From contig PNAE01000006.1 in the NCBI GenBank assembly GCA_003169895.1, positions 103,294 to 167,293 of the forward strand: a DNA stretch of 64,000 nucleotides, given 5' to 3'. Made by a program: the position numbers and the translations under genes. Below the pieces are notes generated by a model, which was not told the origin of the DNA, searched no databases, and was given only the letters and a program-made list of their open reading frames with translations. Positions within the stretch are counted from its first letter, which is position 1; every line of letters starts with the position of its first letter. This DNA is from Gemmatimonadota bacterium. Lineage in GTDB: Bacteria > Gemmatimonadota > Gemmatimonadetes > Gemmatimonadales > GWC2-71-9. Below are positions 28,768-38,734 of the stretch, one piece after another.

Positions 28768-29756
28768 GACGCCTCCGGAAGGAAACCCATGCGTGTGGTC
28801 ACTTCGGCCATCGTCTCGCTGGCGAGGCGGCGTGCGGTCGCGGCGCCATCGGCCAGGATCGTGGTGACCTCCGCCGGTCGCATGGCGAGGTCGAGTGAGC
28901 GCTGGCGCAATGGGGCCAAGGCCTGAATCATGTTATCGGCGAGCACGCGCTTGCAGTCAATGCAACCCCAGCCAGCCGTGCGACACTTGACTGCCACCTC
29001 GGTCACGGTTGCTTCCGGCGAGAAGTGCCGGTGCAACGCGTATATGTTGCAGATCTCCGGCGTCCCCGGATCCTTGCGGGTCTTGCGCGCCGGGTCGGTC
29101 ATCGCCGGGCGCAGCTTGTCCCAGATCTGCTCCGGAGTCTCGGTAACCGCGATCGTGTTCCCGAGACTCTTCGACATTTTTGCCTGGCCGTCGAGGCCGA
29201 TGATGCGACGTGCCGGCGACAGGATCGGCTCGGGCTCCGGAAAGAACGCGTCGCCGCCCGCAAAGTGACGGTTCCAGCGGCGGGCGAGTTCCCGGGTCAG
29301 CTCGAGATGCTGCGTCTGGTCGTCACCCACCGGCACCTTCTCGGCGCGATACAGCAGGATGTCGGCGGCCATGAGCACGGGGTAGCAGAGCAGGCCGGCC
29401 GGCACCGATTCAAACCGCTGCGACTTATCCTTGTACTGCGTCATGCGCTCCAGTTCGCCGAGCGGCGCGATGGTCGTGAGCAGCCATGCGAGCGTCGCGT
29501 GCGCGGGCACGTGACTCTGGACGAACAGCAGCGAGCCGTTCGGGTCGACCCCCGCCGCGAGCAGTCCGATGGCCATTTCCCGCGTGCGGAGCGCCAGCGA
29601 GGCCGGGTCATACTGACCGGTGACGGCGTGCTGATCCACAATGCAGTAGAGGCATTCATACTGATCCTGCAGCGCGACCCAGTTGCGGATCGCGCCGAGC
29701 CAGTTGCCGATATGAAGTTCACCTGAGGGCTGAATGCCGGAAAACACGCGGGCCAT
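28764..29756 (-). CDS. trpS: Tryptophan--tRNA ligase
   Basis: SGIQPSGELHIGN, YPVLMAADIL, VGDDQTQH and KMSKS motifs. Confidence 0.97.
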   Translation of the reverse strand: MARVFSGIQPSGELHIGNWLGAIRNWVALQDQYECLYCIVDQHAVTGQYDPASLALRTREMAIGLLAAGVDPNGSLLFVQSHVPAHATLAWLLTTIAPLGELERMTQYKDKSQRFESVPAGLLCYPVLMAADILLYRAEKVPVGDDQTQHLELTRELARRWNRHFAGGDAFFPEPEPILSPARRIIGLDGQAKMSKSLGNTIAVTETPEQIWDKLRPAMTDPARKTRKDPGTPEICNIYALHRHFSPEATVTEVAVKCRTAGWGCIDCKRVLADNMIQALAPLRQRSLDLAMRPAEVTTILADGAATARRLASETMAEVTTRMGFLPEAS

Positions 29757-29823
29757 TGAGGGCAAGCTACCCGGCCGCCGAAACAGCGGCAATACGGCGC
29801 TGGTCGCGGCGCATCTCGCCCGC

Positions 29824-30606
29824 GTGACCGATCGTGCGGCCGCGCGCGCGGCGGCGTACCTGCGCACCGTGCGGCCGCCCGATGCGTCGCGCTGGACGAG
29901 CAAGGGCCATCACGACTTCGTCACCGACGTGGACCGGGGCGCCGAACAGCGGATTCGCGCCGACCTGCTCGCCGCCGAGCCCGGTTCGCGGATTCTGGGC
30001 GAGGAACTTTCACCCGATACCGCGGACCTCGCCGGGCTCGTGTGGATCGTCGATCCGCTCGATGGCACTACCAACTACCTCCACGGCTATCCCTGGTGGG
30101 CGGTGTCGATTGCGGCGGCCGTGGACGGTGAGATCCTCGCCGGCACCGTGTTTCACGTCCCGGCCTACCGACGCTACACCGCACGGAGCGGCGGCGGTGC
30201 CTGGTGCGGGCCGGAGCGACTCGCGGTCTCGCAGGTGTCGGTGCCCGGTGAGGCGCTGATTGGCACCGGCTTCCCCTTCAAGACGCCCGGCGACTTGCCC
30301 GCCTACCTCGAACAATGCGCCCGGATTTTTCCGGCGACCAGCGGCGTACGGCGCGCCGGGTCAGCGGCCCTCGATCTCGTGGCCGTCGCCGCCGGCCAAT
30401 TCGACGGCTTCTGGGAGTTGACGCTGGCCCCGTGGGACAAGGCAGCGGGCATCCTGCTCGTGCGCGAGGCCGGTGGCGTCGTGACCGACCTGGACGGGAA
30501 ACCGGCCGGAGTGGAGCACGGCGGTATTGTCGCCGGCAATCCCGCGATGCATGCGTGGCTGATGCAACAGCTCGGAGAGACGAGAGACGTGAGACGTGAG
30601 ACGTGA
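29824..30606 (+). CDS. suhB: Inositol monophosphatase family (SuhB-like)
   Basis: DFVTDVD, GEE, WIVDPLDGTTNY, RRAGSAALDL and WDKAAG motifs. Start uncertain (GTG 29824 or slightly upstream). Confidence 0.85.
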   Translation: MTDRAAARAAAYLRTVRPPDASRWTSKGHHDFVTDVDRGAEQRIRADLLAAEPGSRILGEELSPDTADLAGLVWIVDPLDGTTNYLHGYPWWAVSIAAAVDGEILAGTVFHVPAYRRYTARSGGGAWCGPERLAVSQVSVPGEALIGTGFPFKTPGDLPAYLEQCARIFPATSGVRRAGSAALDLVAVAAGQFDGFWELTLAPWDKAAGILLVREAGGVVTDLDGKPAGVEHGGIVAGNPAMHAWLMQQLGETRDVRRET

Positions 30607-30721
30607 GACGACGGACGAGAGACGAGAGACGAGGAACGAGACCGGTGTCATCCCGAGCAACGCAAGGGCGCACACCCTGCCGTCTACTTCTCTCGTCTCA
30701 CGTCTCTCGTCTCTCGTTTTA
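30576..30721. repeat. Inverted heptamer arms (WGAGACG / CGTCTCW) enclosing a half REP-like unit
   Basis: About 10 left units and 4-5 right units. Both the suhB TGA and the map TAA lie in units. Core TGTCATCCCGAGC (30646-30658) resembles the end of the 32057 element. Confidence 0.85.
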
Positions 30722-31468
30722 CTTCGTCAAGATCCGCGCCTCGCCCTCCGTCACCACGACGGTGTGCTCGAAGTGCGCCGAGAGCGACCCGTCCTGCGTG
30801 ACAACGGTCCACTTGTCCGTGAGCGTACGCGTCGCCGGACTGCCGATCGTGATCATCGGCTCGATCGCCAGCGTCATGCCGCGTTTGAGCTGCGGACCCC
30901 GCTTGGGCACGCCGAAGTTGGGGATCTGCGGTTCCTCGTGGAACCGGGTGCCGATGCCGTGGCCCACGAGTTCGCGAACCACGCCGAAGCCGGCGCCTTC
31001 GGCCACCCGCTGCACCGCGTTACCGATGTCGCCGACGTGATTGCCACTTCGCGCCGCAGCGATGCCGGCGTACAGCGAACGTTCCGTCACGTCGAGCAGC
31101 CGCTGCACGTCGGGCGCAACGCGACCGACGGGGATGGTCGTCGCCGAGTCGGCGTGCAGCCCGTCGACGCACACACCAACATCGACCGACACGATCGATC
31201 CCTCGTGCAGCACGCGCTTGGGCGACGGGATGCCGTGGACGATCTCCTCGTCGATCGAGGTGCAGAGCGTCTTGGGGAAGTCATAGAGCCCCTTGAAGGA
31301 CGGCGTGGCGCCGGGATGCGAGCGGATGAATGCCTCCGCCTCGCGGTCGAGGTCCTCGGTGCTGAGACCCGGGCGCACCAGTGTCCGCATCAGCTCGAGG
31401 GTGTCGAACACGATGCGGCCGGCACGAGCCATTGTGTCGATCTCGCGCCCGGACTTGATCGAGATCAC
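30719..31468 (-). CDS. map: Methionine aminopeptidase type I
   Basis: IVHGIP, VDVG, DSA, GHGIG, FHEEP, AIEPM and SAHFEHT motifs; GTGA overlap with adk. Confidence 0.96.
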   Translation of the reverse strand: MISIKSGREIDTMARAGRIVFDTLELMRTLVRPGLSTEDLDREAEAFIRSHPGATPSFKGLYDFPKTLCTSIDEEIVHGIPSPKRVLHEGSIVSVDVGVCVDGLHADSATTIPVGRVAPDVQRLLDVTERSLYAGIAAARSGNHVGDIGNAVQRVAEGAGFGVVRELVGHGIGTRFHEEPQIPNFGVPKRGPQLKRGMTLAIEPMITIGSPATRTLTDKWTVVTQDGSLSAHFEHTVVVTEGEARILTK

Positions 31469-32031
31469 GCCCGCCCCAGCGCGCGCATGACGCGCGCGGC
31501 GACCTCGTCGACCAGGCCGACGGCGTCGATCCGGGTGACACCGCCATGAGTCTCGTACCAGGAGATCACCGGGGCGGTCTGCTGCCGGTACGCCTGGAGC
31601 CGGGTGGCGACCGCCGCCGGGTCGTCGTCGGCGCGGCCTTCCACGCTGCGCCGTGCGGCGAGGCGCTGCAACAGCTGGGCATCGGTCACGTCGAAGATCA
31701 ACACGTGGTCCATGGTGCGTCCCAGGCTGCGCAGCAGTTCGTCCACGCCCTGGGCCTGAGGGATGGTGCGCACCACGCCGTCGAAAATCACGCCCTGCGC
31801 GGCCACGGGCTTGGCCAGCTCCGCCCGGATCACGCCGAGAATGAGATCGTCGCTCACCAGGTGTCCGGCTTCCATCACGGCCTTGGCCCGGAGCCCGAGC
31901 GGCGTGCCGTGCTTCACGGCGTCGCGCAGCAGGTCGCCCGTGGCGAACCTGGGCAGACCCAGCGCCTGGGACAGCAGCGCGCCCTGCGTGCCTTTGCCGG
32001 CCCCGGGAGGGCCTAACAGCAGGATATTCAT
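31465..32031 (-). CDS. adk: Adenylate kinase (short LID)
   Basis: GPPGAGKGTQ, TGDLLR, LVSD and GRADD motifs. Confidence 0.96.
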   Translation of the reverse strand: MNILLLGPPGAGKGTQGALLSQALGLPRFATGDLLRDAVKHGTPLGLRAKAVMEAGHLVSDDLILGVIRAELAKPVAAQGVIFDGVVRTIPQAQGVDELLRSLGRTMDHVLIFDVTDAQLLQRLAARRSVEGRADDDPAAVATRLQAYRQQTAPVISWYETHGGVTRIDAVGLVDEVAARVMRALGRA

Positions 32032-32056
32032 GGTTGGCAAACGACCTTTCGAGTGC

Positions 32057-32196
32057 TGTCATCCTGAGCGAAGCGAGCGTCTTTCGCTCGCAAAGTCGAA
32101 GGACCCCGGTTCTCCGCGAAAGCCTGGGCAATCGCACGAGGAGCCGAGGTCCTTCGACTTCGCGCGGCGTGCCGCCGCGCTACGCTCAGGATGACA
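32057..32196. repeat. REP-like cruciform palindrome between secY and adk
   Basis: Perfect 14-bp terminal IR TGTCATCCTGAGCG/CGCTCAGGATGACA, inner 13-bp IR AAGTCGAAGGACC/GGTCCTTCGACTT, and two side hairpins. Confidence 0.88.
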
Positions 32197-32205
32197 ACTT
32201 CTACG

Positions 32206-33528
32206 TCACATCCCAAATCTGCTCTGCCGCCCTCGGAACTTGATCCGCCCGGATTTCATGAAGCCATCGTACTTCCGGAGCTGGCGGTGCTGCTCGATCT
32301 GCGCGATGGTGTCGAGCAGCACGCCGACCACGATCAGGATCGAGGTGCCACCGAACTGGAACTGCTGGATGCCGACGGCCTTCGCCATGCTGATCGGGAT
32401 GATCGCCACGACGGCGAGAAAGAGCGAACCCGGCAGCGTCACGCGGCCCAGGACGCCGTCGATGTAATCGGCAGTCGCGGCGCCCGGCTTCACGCCCGGG
32501 ATGAAGGCACCCTGCTTCTTCAGGTTCTCCGACAGGTCCACGGAGCTGAAAACGATCGAGGTGTAGAAGTAGCTGAACACGACGATCAGCAGCGCGAACA
32601 ACAGGTTGTACGGCATCCCGCCAGGAATCAGGAAGCTGGTCATCGACTGCAGCGTCTCGTTCCCGGTGAATTGCGCCACGGTCGACGGCACGATGATGAC
32701 CGTCTGGGCAAAGATGATCGGCATGACGCCGGCGGTGATCAGCCGGATCGGAATGAAGGTCTTCTGGCCTTCCCGGATCCGTCCCCGCCCCATCACCTTG
32801 CGCGGGATCTGGATCGGAATCCGCCGCGCGGCGAGCGTCATCGCGACGACCGCGGCGATCATCGCCACCAGCACCACCGCAAGGACCACGACGCCACCCA
32901 GCGACACGATGCCGTCGCGGACGTAGCCGATCGTCGTGATGAAAGACGGCCAGACGCGCTCCAGGATCGACACGGTGATCAGGAGGCTCATGCCGTTGCC
33001 GATGCCGCGCTCGGTGATCTGCTCGCCCAGCCACATCACGAAGATGGCGCCAACGGTGAGGGTCGTCACCATGATCAGCCGGCTCAGGAACCCGGGATAC
33101 GGTATCGCGTTGGGGATCTGCTCGATGAAGAGCGTGAACGTGTACGCTTGCGAGAAGGAGATCGCCACGGTGAGGTAGCGCGTCCACTGCGTCAGCTTCT
33201 TCCGGCCCTCTTCGTCCTTCTGCATCTTGCCGATGGTCGGCATGACGCCGCCACCCAGCTGGAACACGATCGACGCCGAAATGTACGGCATGATGCCGAG
33301 CGCGAAGATGGTCGCGCGCGAGAGGCCGCCGCCGAGGGCGTCATAGAGCGAAAACAGCGTCTGGGTGCCCGTGCCGGCCGAGTTCTTGATGTAATCCGAC
33401 AATGCCGTCACGTCGACCGCTGGCGCCGTGATGTGGGCGCCGACGCGATAGATCAGCACGGCGAGGGCCGTGAACAGGAGCTTGTCGCGCAACTCCGGAT
33501 CGATCTGGGGCAGGCGCGGAGCCGTCAT
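32206..33528 (-). CDS. secY: Preprotein translocase SecY
   Basis: IFALGIMPYISASI, WLGEQITERGIGNG, AGVMPIIFA, FIPGVKPG and GGTSILIVVGV motifs. Confidence 0.98.
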   Translation of the reverse strand: MTAPRLPQIDPELRDKLLFTALAVLIYRVGAHITAPAVDVTALSDYIKNSAGTGTQTLFSLYDALGGGLSRATIFALGIMPYISASIVFQLGGGVMPTIGKMQKDEEGRKKLTQWTRYLTVAISFSQAYTFTLFIEQIPNAIPYPGFLSRLIMVTTLTVGAIFVMWLGEQITERGIGNGMSLLITVSILERVWPSFITTIGYVRDGIVSLGGVVVLAVVLVAMIAAVVAMTLAARRIPIQIPRKVMGRGRIREGQKTFIPIRLITAGVMPIIFAQTVIIVPSTVAQFTGNETLQSMTSFLIPGGMPYNLLFALLIVVFSYFYTSIVFSSVDLSENLKKQGAFIPGVKPGAATADYIDGVLGRVTLPGSLFLAVVAIIPISMAKAVGIQQFQFGGTSILIVVGVLLDTIAQIEQHRQLRKYDGFMKSGRIKFRGRQSRFGM

Positions 33529-33992
33529 CAGGGCTCGACCCGGCCGCCGGCAGCCTCGATTTTCGCCCGCGCCGACGCCGAGGCATGCAGGCCCTTGACC
33601 ACCAGCGCACGACCGATCTCACCGTGCCCGAGCAGCTTCACCGGATCGGTCGCCCGGCGGAGGATGCCCGCCGCCTGCAGGCTGTCGGGCGACACCTCGT
33701 CGCCGACGACCCGATCGAGGTCACGCAGGTTGACCGCGAGATAGGTCACCTTGAATGGATTGGTGAAGCCCCGCTTCGGCAGCCGCCGGTACATCGGCAT
33801 CTGGCCGCCTTCGAACCCGGTGTTCGTGTTGCCACCGGAGCGGGCCTTCTGCCCCTTCTGTCCCTTGCCGGACGTCTTGCCGAGGCCCGAACCGGGACCA
33901 CGCCCGACCCGCTTGCGCGAGCGGTGCGAACCCGGCACCGGACGCAGGGTCGACAGCGTGATGCGCTCCACATCCTGCTTCTTGTCCGCCAT
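33528..33992 (-). CDS. rplO: 50S ribosomal protein L15
   Basis: RVGRGPGSGLGKTSGKGQKGQ and GFEGGQMP...RRLPKRGF motifs. Confidence 0.97.
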   Translation of the reverse strand: MADKKQDVERITLSTLRPVPGSHRSRKRVGRGPGSGLGKTSGKGQKGQKARSGGNTNTGFEGGQMPMYRRLPKRGFTNPFKVTYLAVNLRDLDRVVGDEVSPDSLQAAGILRRATDPVKLLGHGEIGRALVVKGLHASASARAKIEAAGGRVEP

Positions 33993-33994
33993 GA

Positions 33995-34261
33995 TCAGCG
34001 TCCCTTCCCCTTCACCGGCGTCACATCGATGAGGTGACGCACCTTGAACAGCATGCCGCGCAGCGTGGCGGTGTTGTCGATCTCGATCTCGGCCTGGTGA
34101 TGCCGCAGGCCGATTGCCTTGAGCGTGCGATTCATCGACTCGGAGTGACCGATCCCCGAGCGAATCTGTTTCACGCGCAGCCGCTTCGCGTCGCTCTCCG
34201 CCGGAATGACTGCCGCATGATGCGCCGGTCCCTGACGGCCGACGACTGGATTACGTCCCAT
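33995..34261 (-). CDS. rpmD: 50S ribosomal protein L30 with N-terminal extension
   Basis: LRVKQIRSGIG...TLKAIGL...LRGMLFKVRHLI; position between rpsE and rplO. Confidence 0.93.
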   Translation of the reverse strand: MGRNPVVGRQGPAHHAAVIPAESDAKRLRVKQIRSGIGHSESMNRTLKAIGLRHHQAEIEIDNTATLRGMLFKVRHLIDVTPVKGKGR

Positions 34262-34263
34262 GT

Positions 34264-34989
34264 TCAAACCTCCTGGCGGGCGCGGTACCCGAGTTGATCG
34301 ACGTCGATCCCCCGCTCCCGCGCGACCTGCTTGGCCGACACCAGGTGCAGCAAGCCGTCCATCGTGGCACGGACCATGTTGTGCGGATTGTTGGAGCCGA
34401 GGCTCTTGGTCAGGATGTCGGTGATCCCGGCGCACTCGAGAACGGCGCGAACCGGTCCGCCGGCGATGACGCCGGTTCCGCTCGCGGCCGGCTTGAGCAG
34501 CACGCGGCCGGCCCCGTGCTCGCCGATGATCTCATGGGGGATGGTCGTGCCGGACCGCGGCAGCTCCACCATGCTGCGCTTGGCGGCCTCGACCGCCTTG
34601 CGCACGGCCTCGGCCACTTCGTTGGCCTTGCCGCTCGCGATGCCGACCTTGCCCTTGCCATCACCCACGGCGACCAGCGCGTTGAAGGAGAAGCGCCGTC
34701 CGCCCTTGACCACCTTGGCCACACGGTTGATCGCGACCACGTTCTCCACGTAGTCGGCCTGGCCCTCGCCTCGGTCGTCGCGCCGATTGCCGCCCCGGCC
34801 GCCACCGCCCGGACCGCCGCGCCCGCGACCGCCCTGGCCACCGCGACCACCCTGGCCGCCGCGACCCCGGCCGCCCTGGCCGCCATGGGTACCGACGCCT
34901 CCGCCAGTGGTCCGCTCGCGTTCCCGCGGCGCGGGGACTTCAGCCGCCGGCTTCGGCTCGGTAGCTGGCACGCTCGTGTCTTCGCCCAT
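34264..34989 (-). CDS. rpsE: 30S ribosomal protein S5 with Gly/Arg-rich N-terminal extension
   Basis: [24 protein letters not shown] and [10 protein letters not shown] motifs. Confidence 0.97.
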   Translation of the reverse strand: MGEDTSVPATEPKPAAEVPAPRERERTTGGGVGTHGGQGGRGRGGQGGRGGQGGRGRGGPGGGGRGGNRRDDRGEGQADYVENVVAINRVAKVVKGGRRFSFNALVAVGDGKGKVGIASGKANEVAEAVRKAVEAAKRSMVELPRSGTTIPHEIIGEHGAGRVLLKPAASGTGVIAGGPVRAVLECAGITDILTKSLGSNNPHNMVRATMDGLLHLVSAKQVARERGIDVDQLGYRARQEV

Positions 34990-35357
34990 CAGAACTCCAA
35001 TCCGCCCTCGCGGGCGCCCTCTGCGACGGCCTTCACGCGGCCGTGATATTGATACCCGGCGCGATCGAACACGACCTTGGTGATCCCGGCCGCCTTGGCC
35101 TTTGCGGCCAACAACTGTCCGACGGCCTTCGCCTTGGCAGTCTTGCCTTCGCCGGCGGCGATGCCTTCGCTGGTATCCGTCACACCGAGCAGCGCGCGGC
35201 CGAGCTGATCATTCACGAGCTGCGCGTAGATGTGCTTGAGCGAGCGGTACACCACCAGGCGCGGCCGCTCGGCATCGCCGGCAACGCGGAGCCGCACACG
35301 CAGGTGACGGCGATACCGGCGTTCCTGGCGCTTCTTCGGTCGATGAATCGCACGCAT
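34989..35357 (-). CDS. rplR: 50S ribosomal protein L18
   Basis: [16 protein letters not shown] and [14 protein letters not shown] motifs. Confidence 0.97.
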   Translation of the reverse strand: MRAIHRPKKRQERRYRRHLRVRLRVAGDAERPRLVVYRSLKHIYAQLVNDQLGRALLGVTDTSEGIAAGEGKTAKAKAVGQLLAAKAKAAGITKVVFDRAGYQYHGRVKAVAEGAREGGLEF

Positions 35358-35896
35358 TACTTCGCTCCCGTCTTGCCGGCCTTGCGGCGCACGACTTCGC
35401 CCACGTAACGGATGCCCTTGCCCTTGTATGGCTCAGGCGGCCGGACGTTGCGGATCTCGGCGGCCAGCTGGCCCACCAGTTCCTTGTTGATGCCTTCCAC
35501 CCGCACCATGGTCGGCGTCTCGACGACGAGCTTGATGCCGTCGGGCGCCCGGATTTCCACCGGATGCGAGAAGCCGACGACCAGGTTGATGCCATATGCC
35601 TTCGGCTCGGCCTTGTAGCCGACGCCCTGGATCTCGAGGCTCTTCTTGTACCCCGTCGACACGCCTTCGACCATGTTGGCCACCAGCGTGCGCGAGAGAC
35701 CGTGCAATGCCTTGTGGCGCGTCTCGTCGCTCGGACGCTCGACCGTGAGGGTACTCCCCTCGAGCTTGGCGCGCATGTCGGGGTGCAGCGTGCGTGAGAG
35801 CGTTCCCTTGGGCCCCTTGACCGTGACGACCGCGCCGTCGACGCTGGCCGTGACGCCCGTCGGGAGCGTGATCGGCTTCCGTCCGATACGTGACAT
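35357..35896 (-). CDS. rplF: 50S ribosomal protein L6
   Basis: MSRIGRKPI and [13 protein letters not shown] motifs. Confidence 0.97.
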   Translation of the reverse strand: MSRIGRKPITLPTGVTASVDGAVVTVKGPKGTLSRTLHPDMRAKLEGSTLTVERPSDETRHKALHGLSRTLVANMVEGVSTGYKKSLEIQGVGYKAEPKAYGINLVVGFSHPVEIRAPDGIKLVVETPTMVRVEGINKELVGQLAAEIRNVRPPEPYKGKGIRYVGEVVRRKAGKTGAK

Positions 35897-35904
35897 GCGT
35901 CCCC

Positions 35905-36300
35905 CTACCAGACCACGGCGAGCAGCTCGCCGCCGAGGTTCGCCGTGCGCGCCTGGCGATCGGTCATCAACCCTTTCGGGGTCGACACGATCGCCATCCC
36001 GAGGCCGTTCTTGACGCGCGGCAGGTCGCGGCACTTGACGTAGCGTCGCAGGCCCGGCGAGCTCACCCGCTGGAGCTCGCGAATCACCGGCAACTCGTTG
36101 TGATACTTGAGGTAGAGCCGGATCGTTCCCGCCTGGCCCTCCTCCAGCATCTTGTAGTCGGCGATGTAATGGTTGTCCCGCAACAGCTTCGCCAGCTCGT
36201 GCTTGAGCTTCGACGCGGGAATGTCCACGCGCTTGTGCCCTGCCGAACAGGCGTTGCGGATGCGAGTCAGCATATCTGCGACCGGATCAGTCATGCTCAT
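35905..36300 (-). CDS. rpsH: 30S ribosomal protein S8
   Basis: [20 protein letters not shown] and STPKG motifs. Confidence 0.97.
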   Translation of the reverse strand: MSMTDPVADMLTRIRNACSAGHKRVDIPASKLKHELAKLLRDNHYIADYKMLEEGQAGTIRLYLKYHNELPVIRELQRVSSPGLRRYVKCRDLPRVKNGLGMAIVSTPKGLMTDRQARTANLGGELLAVVW

Positions 36301-36347
36301 GCTTTGCCGTCCCTCGTGATGCCGTGCGTCATGATGTCGTGTCTCGC

Positions 36348-37055
36348 TCAGGCCACACGCAATGCGTGCGGCGTCTCACCCTTGAATGGCCAGCCGAATT
36401 CGCGCAGCAGGGCCATGGCGAGATCGTCGCGGCCCGCGTTGGTCACCAGCGTGATGTCCATGCCATGGACGTTCTCGATCTTGTCGTAGTCGATCTCGGG
36501 GAACATCGTCTGTTCCTTGATGCCGAACGTGTAGTTGCCCCGCCCGTCGAAGCTCTTGTTCGGCAGGCCGCGGAAGTCGCGGATGCGCGGCACCGTGAGA
36601 TGGATGAACCGGTCAAGGAATTCGTACATCCGCGCGCCGCGCAGCGTCACGGAGGCGCCAATCGGCAGCCCGGCGCGCAACCCGAAGTTGGCGATCGCCT
36701 TCTTGGCGCGCGTGATGATGGCCTTCTGGCCGGTGATGATCGCCAGCTCCTCGGCGGCGGCGTCGACCAGGCGCGGATTTTTGGCGCCTTCGCCCAGGCC
36801 GACGTTGAGGACGATCTTGATGATGCGCGGCACCTGGTGCGGATTCTTGAAGCCGAACTGCTTGGCCAGCCGCGGATGCACGCTGTCGCGGTAGAACCGC
36901 TGCATGCGTGGCTTCCCCACGCTCGCCATCGGCGTGGCGTCGGTGGCCATGGCGGGCGCCGCGGCCCGGCCGCCGCCCTTGGGGGTCGGCGCCGGGGTCT
37001 TCTTGGGGGCCGCGGCCTTGCTCTCGCCGGCGGCTGCGTCGGTCTTCTTCGCCAT
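36348..37055 (-). CDS. rplE: 50S ribosomal protein L5 with N-terminal Ala/Lys/Pro-rich extension
   Basis: KIVLNVG, ITGQK, PRIRDFRG, FDGRGNY and FPEIDYD motifs. Confidence 0.97.
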   Translation of the reverse strand: MAKKTDAAAGESKAAAPKKTPAPTPKGGGRAAAPAMATDATPMASVGKPRMQRFYRDSVHPRLAKQFGFKNPHQVPRIIKIVLNVGLGEGAKNPRLVDAAAEELAIITGQKAIITRAKKAIANFGLRAGLPIGASVTLRGARMYEFLDRFIHLTVPRIRDFRGLPNKSFDGRGNYTFGIKEQTMFPEIDYDKIENVHGMDITLVTNAGRDDLAMALLREFGWPFKGETPHALRVA

Positions 37056-37057
37056 CG

Positions 37058-37441
37058 TCAGCGCACCCTCGGAATAGCCACGCCCGACTTGATCGCGATC
37101 CGCTCGACCGTGCCGTCAGCGTTCTTCTGCCGGCGGATGCGCGTCGGCTCGCCTGATTTCGGGTCGATCAACATGACCTTCGACGCCGGGATCGGCGCCG
37201 GGAAGGTGATGATCCCCGATTCGGTGTTCTGCGTCCCACGGCGATGACGTTTCGCCAGCGCCACGCCGTCGATGGCCACGCGCCCGGTCTTGGGGAATAC
37301 CCGCAACACGGTGCCACGCTTCCCCTTGTCGTCGCCCGAAATCACCTGGACGGTGTCGCCCTTGGTGACGTGCAGCCGCTCGCGCTCCACGCGCCCGCCC
37401 GCCCGTGCGCGCTTGGCCTTCTTGTAGACCAGTGGTTTCAT
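37058..37441 (-). CDS. rplX: 50S ribosomal protein L24
   Basis: KOW motif [17 protein letters not shown]; position after rplN. Confidence 0.95.
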   Translation of the reverse strand: MKPLVYKKAKRARAGGRVERERLHVTKGDTVQVISGDDKGKRGTVLRVFPKTGRVAIDGVALAKRHRRGTQNTESGIITFPAPIPASKVMLIDPKSGEPTRIRRQKNADGTVERIAIKSGVAIPRVR

Positions 37442-37442
37442 G

Positions 37443-37811
37443 TCACAGCACCTCGGGCGCGAGCGAGACGATCTTCATGTACCGCTTCTCGCGCAGTTCG
37501 CGAGCGACGGGGCCGAAGATGCGGGTCGCCCGCGGCTCGCCCTGGTCGTTGATGAGCACGGCCGCGTTCTCGTCGAAGCGGATGTAGGACCCGTCCTTGC
37601 GACGGACCTCCTTCGCCGTGCGAACGATGACCGCCTTGGCCACTTCACCCTTCTTCACCTGGCCGGTCGGGATGGCGTCCTTGATGGTCACCACCACGCG
37701 ATCGCCGAGCGACGCGTAGCGACGTCGCGACCCGCCGAGGACACGGATGACCAGCGCGCGCCGCGCGCCGGAATTGTCCGCAATCTTGAGAATGGTTTCC
37801 TGTTGCACCAT
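37443..37811 (-). CDS. rplN: 50S ribosomal protein L14
   Basis: [26 protein letters not shown] and SLAPEVL motifs. Confidence 0.98.
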   Translation of the reverse strand: MVQQETILKIADNSGARRALVIRVLGGSRRRYASLGDRVVVTIKDAIPTGQVKKGEVAKAVIVRTAKEVRRKDGSYIRFDENAAVLINDQGEPRATRIFGPVARELREKRYMKIVSLAPEVL

Positions 37812-37829
37812 CGTGAACTCTCCCGGACC

Positions 37830-38102
37830 TTAGCGAGCCCGCTGGACGACTTCGAGGGTGCGCCAGCGCACCGTCTTCGCCAGCGGACGCGTCTCCATGA
37901 TGCGCACCGTGTCGCCTGCTTTGGCGTCATGGTCGTTGCGTGCCTTCACCTTCTTGCTGCGCGTCACCTGCTTGCCGTACTTGGCGTGCGCCAGCCGCCG
38001 CTGCAACTGAACCGTGACGGTCTTCTGCATCTTGTCGCTCGTCACGAGACCGGTGCGCGTCTTGCGCGCGTCGCGGTGCGCCGTGGTTGTCTCGTCAGCC
38101 AT
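37830..38102 (-). CDS. rpsQ: 30S ribosomal protein S17
   Basis: [12 protein letters not shown] and [15 protein letters not shown] motifs. Confidence 0.96.
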   Translation of the reverse strand: MADETTTAHRDARKTRTGLVTSDKMQKTVTVQLQRRLAHAKYGKQVTRSKKVKARNDHDAKAGDTVRIMETRPLAKTVRWRTLEVVQRAR

Positions 38103-38115
38103 GGTCACTACTCCC

Positions 38116-38313
38116 TTATGCCTTGCGGCGCTTCTCGCCCAGGATGGTCAACACCCGGGCGGTGTCCCGGCGCAGCGCGCGGAACTGCATCGGATTCTCG
38201 ATCGACTCGGTTGCCGAACGGAAGCGGAGCTTGAACCGCTCCTCCCGCAATTCGGCGAGCTTGGTTTCGAGCTGCTCGACCGTCAGGTCGCGCAGGTCGC
38301 CGGACGTCAACAT
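38116..38313 (-). CDS. rpmC: 50S ribosomal protein L29
   Basis: [10 protein letters not shown]...ENP...RRDTARVLT. Confidence 0.95.
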   Translation of the reverse strand: MLTSGDLRDLTVEQLETKLAELREERFKLRFRSATESIENPMQFRALRRDTARVLTILGEKRRKA

Positions 38314-38315
38314 GC

Positions 38316-38729
38316 TCAGATCTCCTCGCGCGGAATGACACGCGTCTTGACCGGGAGCTTCGCTTCGGCGAGCGCCAGCGCCTTGCGCGCCAGCGACTCC
38401 TCGATGCCGCCCACCTCGAACAGCACCCGGCCCGGCTTGACCACGGCGACCCACCCTTCCGGGTTGCCCTTGCCCTTGCCCATGCGCGTCTCGGCCGGCT
38501 TCTTGGTGATCGGCTTGTCCGGGAAGATCCGGATCCACACCTTGCCGCCGCGCTTCATTTCACGGGTCATCGCCACACGCGCCGCTTCGATCTGCCGTGC
38601 CGTCACCCAGCCCGGCTCGAGCGAGACCACGCCCCACTCGCCGAACGCGACGGTGTTGCCGCGCGTCGCGATGCCGTTGGTCTTGCCCTTGAAGGTCTTG
38701 CGGAACTTGATCCGCTTCGGTGCCAGCAT
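38316..38729 (-). CDS. rplP: 50S ribosomal protein L16
   Basis: [18 protein letters not shown] and RMGKGKG motifs. Confidence 0.98.
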   Translation of the reverse strand: MLAPKRIKFRKTFKGKTNGIATRGNTVAFGEWGVVSLEPGWVTARQIEAARVAMTREMKRGGKVWIRIFPDKPITKKPAETRMGKGKGNPEGWVAVVKPGRVLFEVGGIEESLARKALALAEAKLPVKTRVIPREEI

Positions 38730-38734
38730 GGTGG

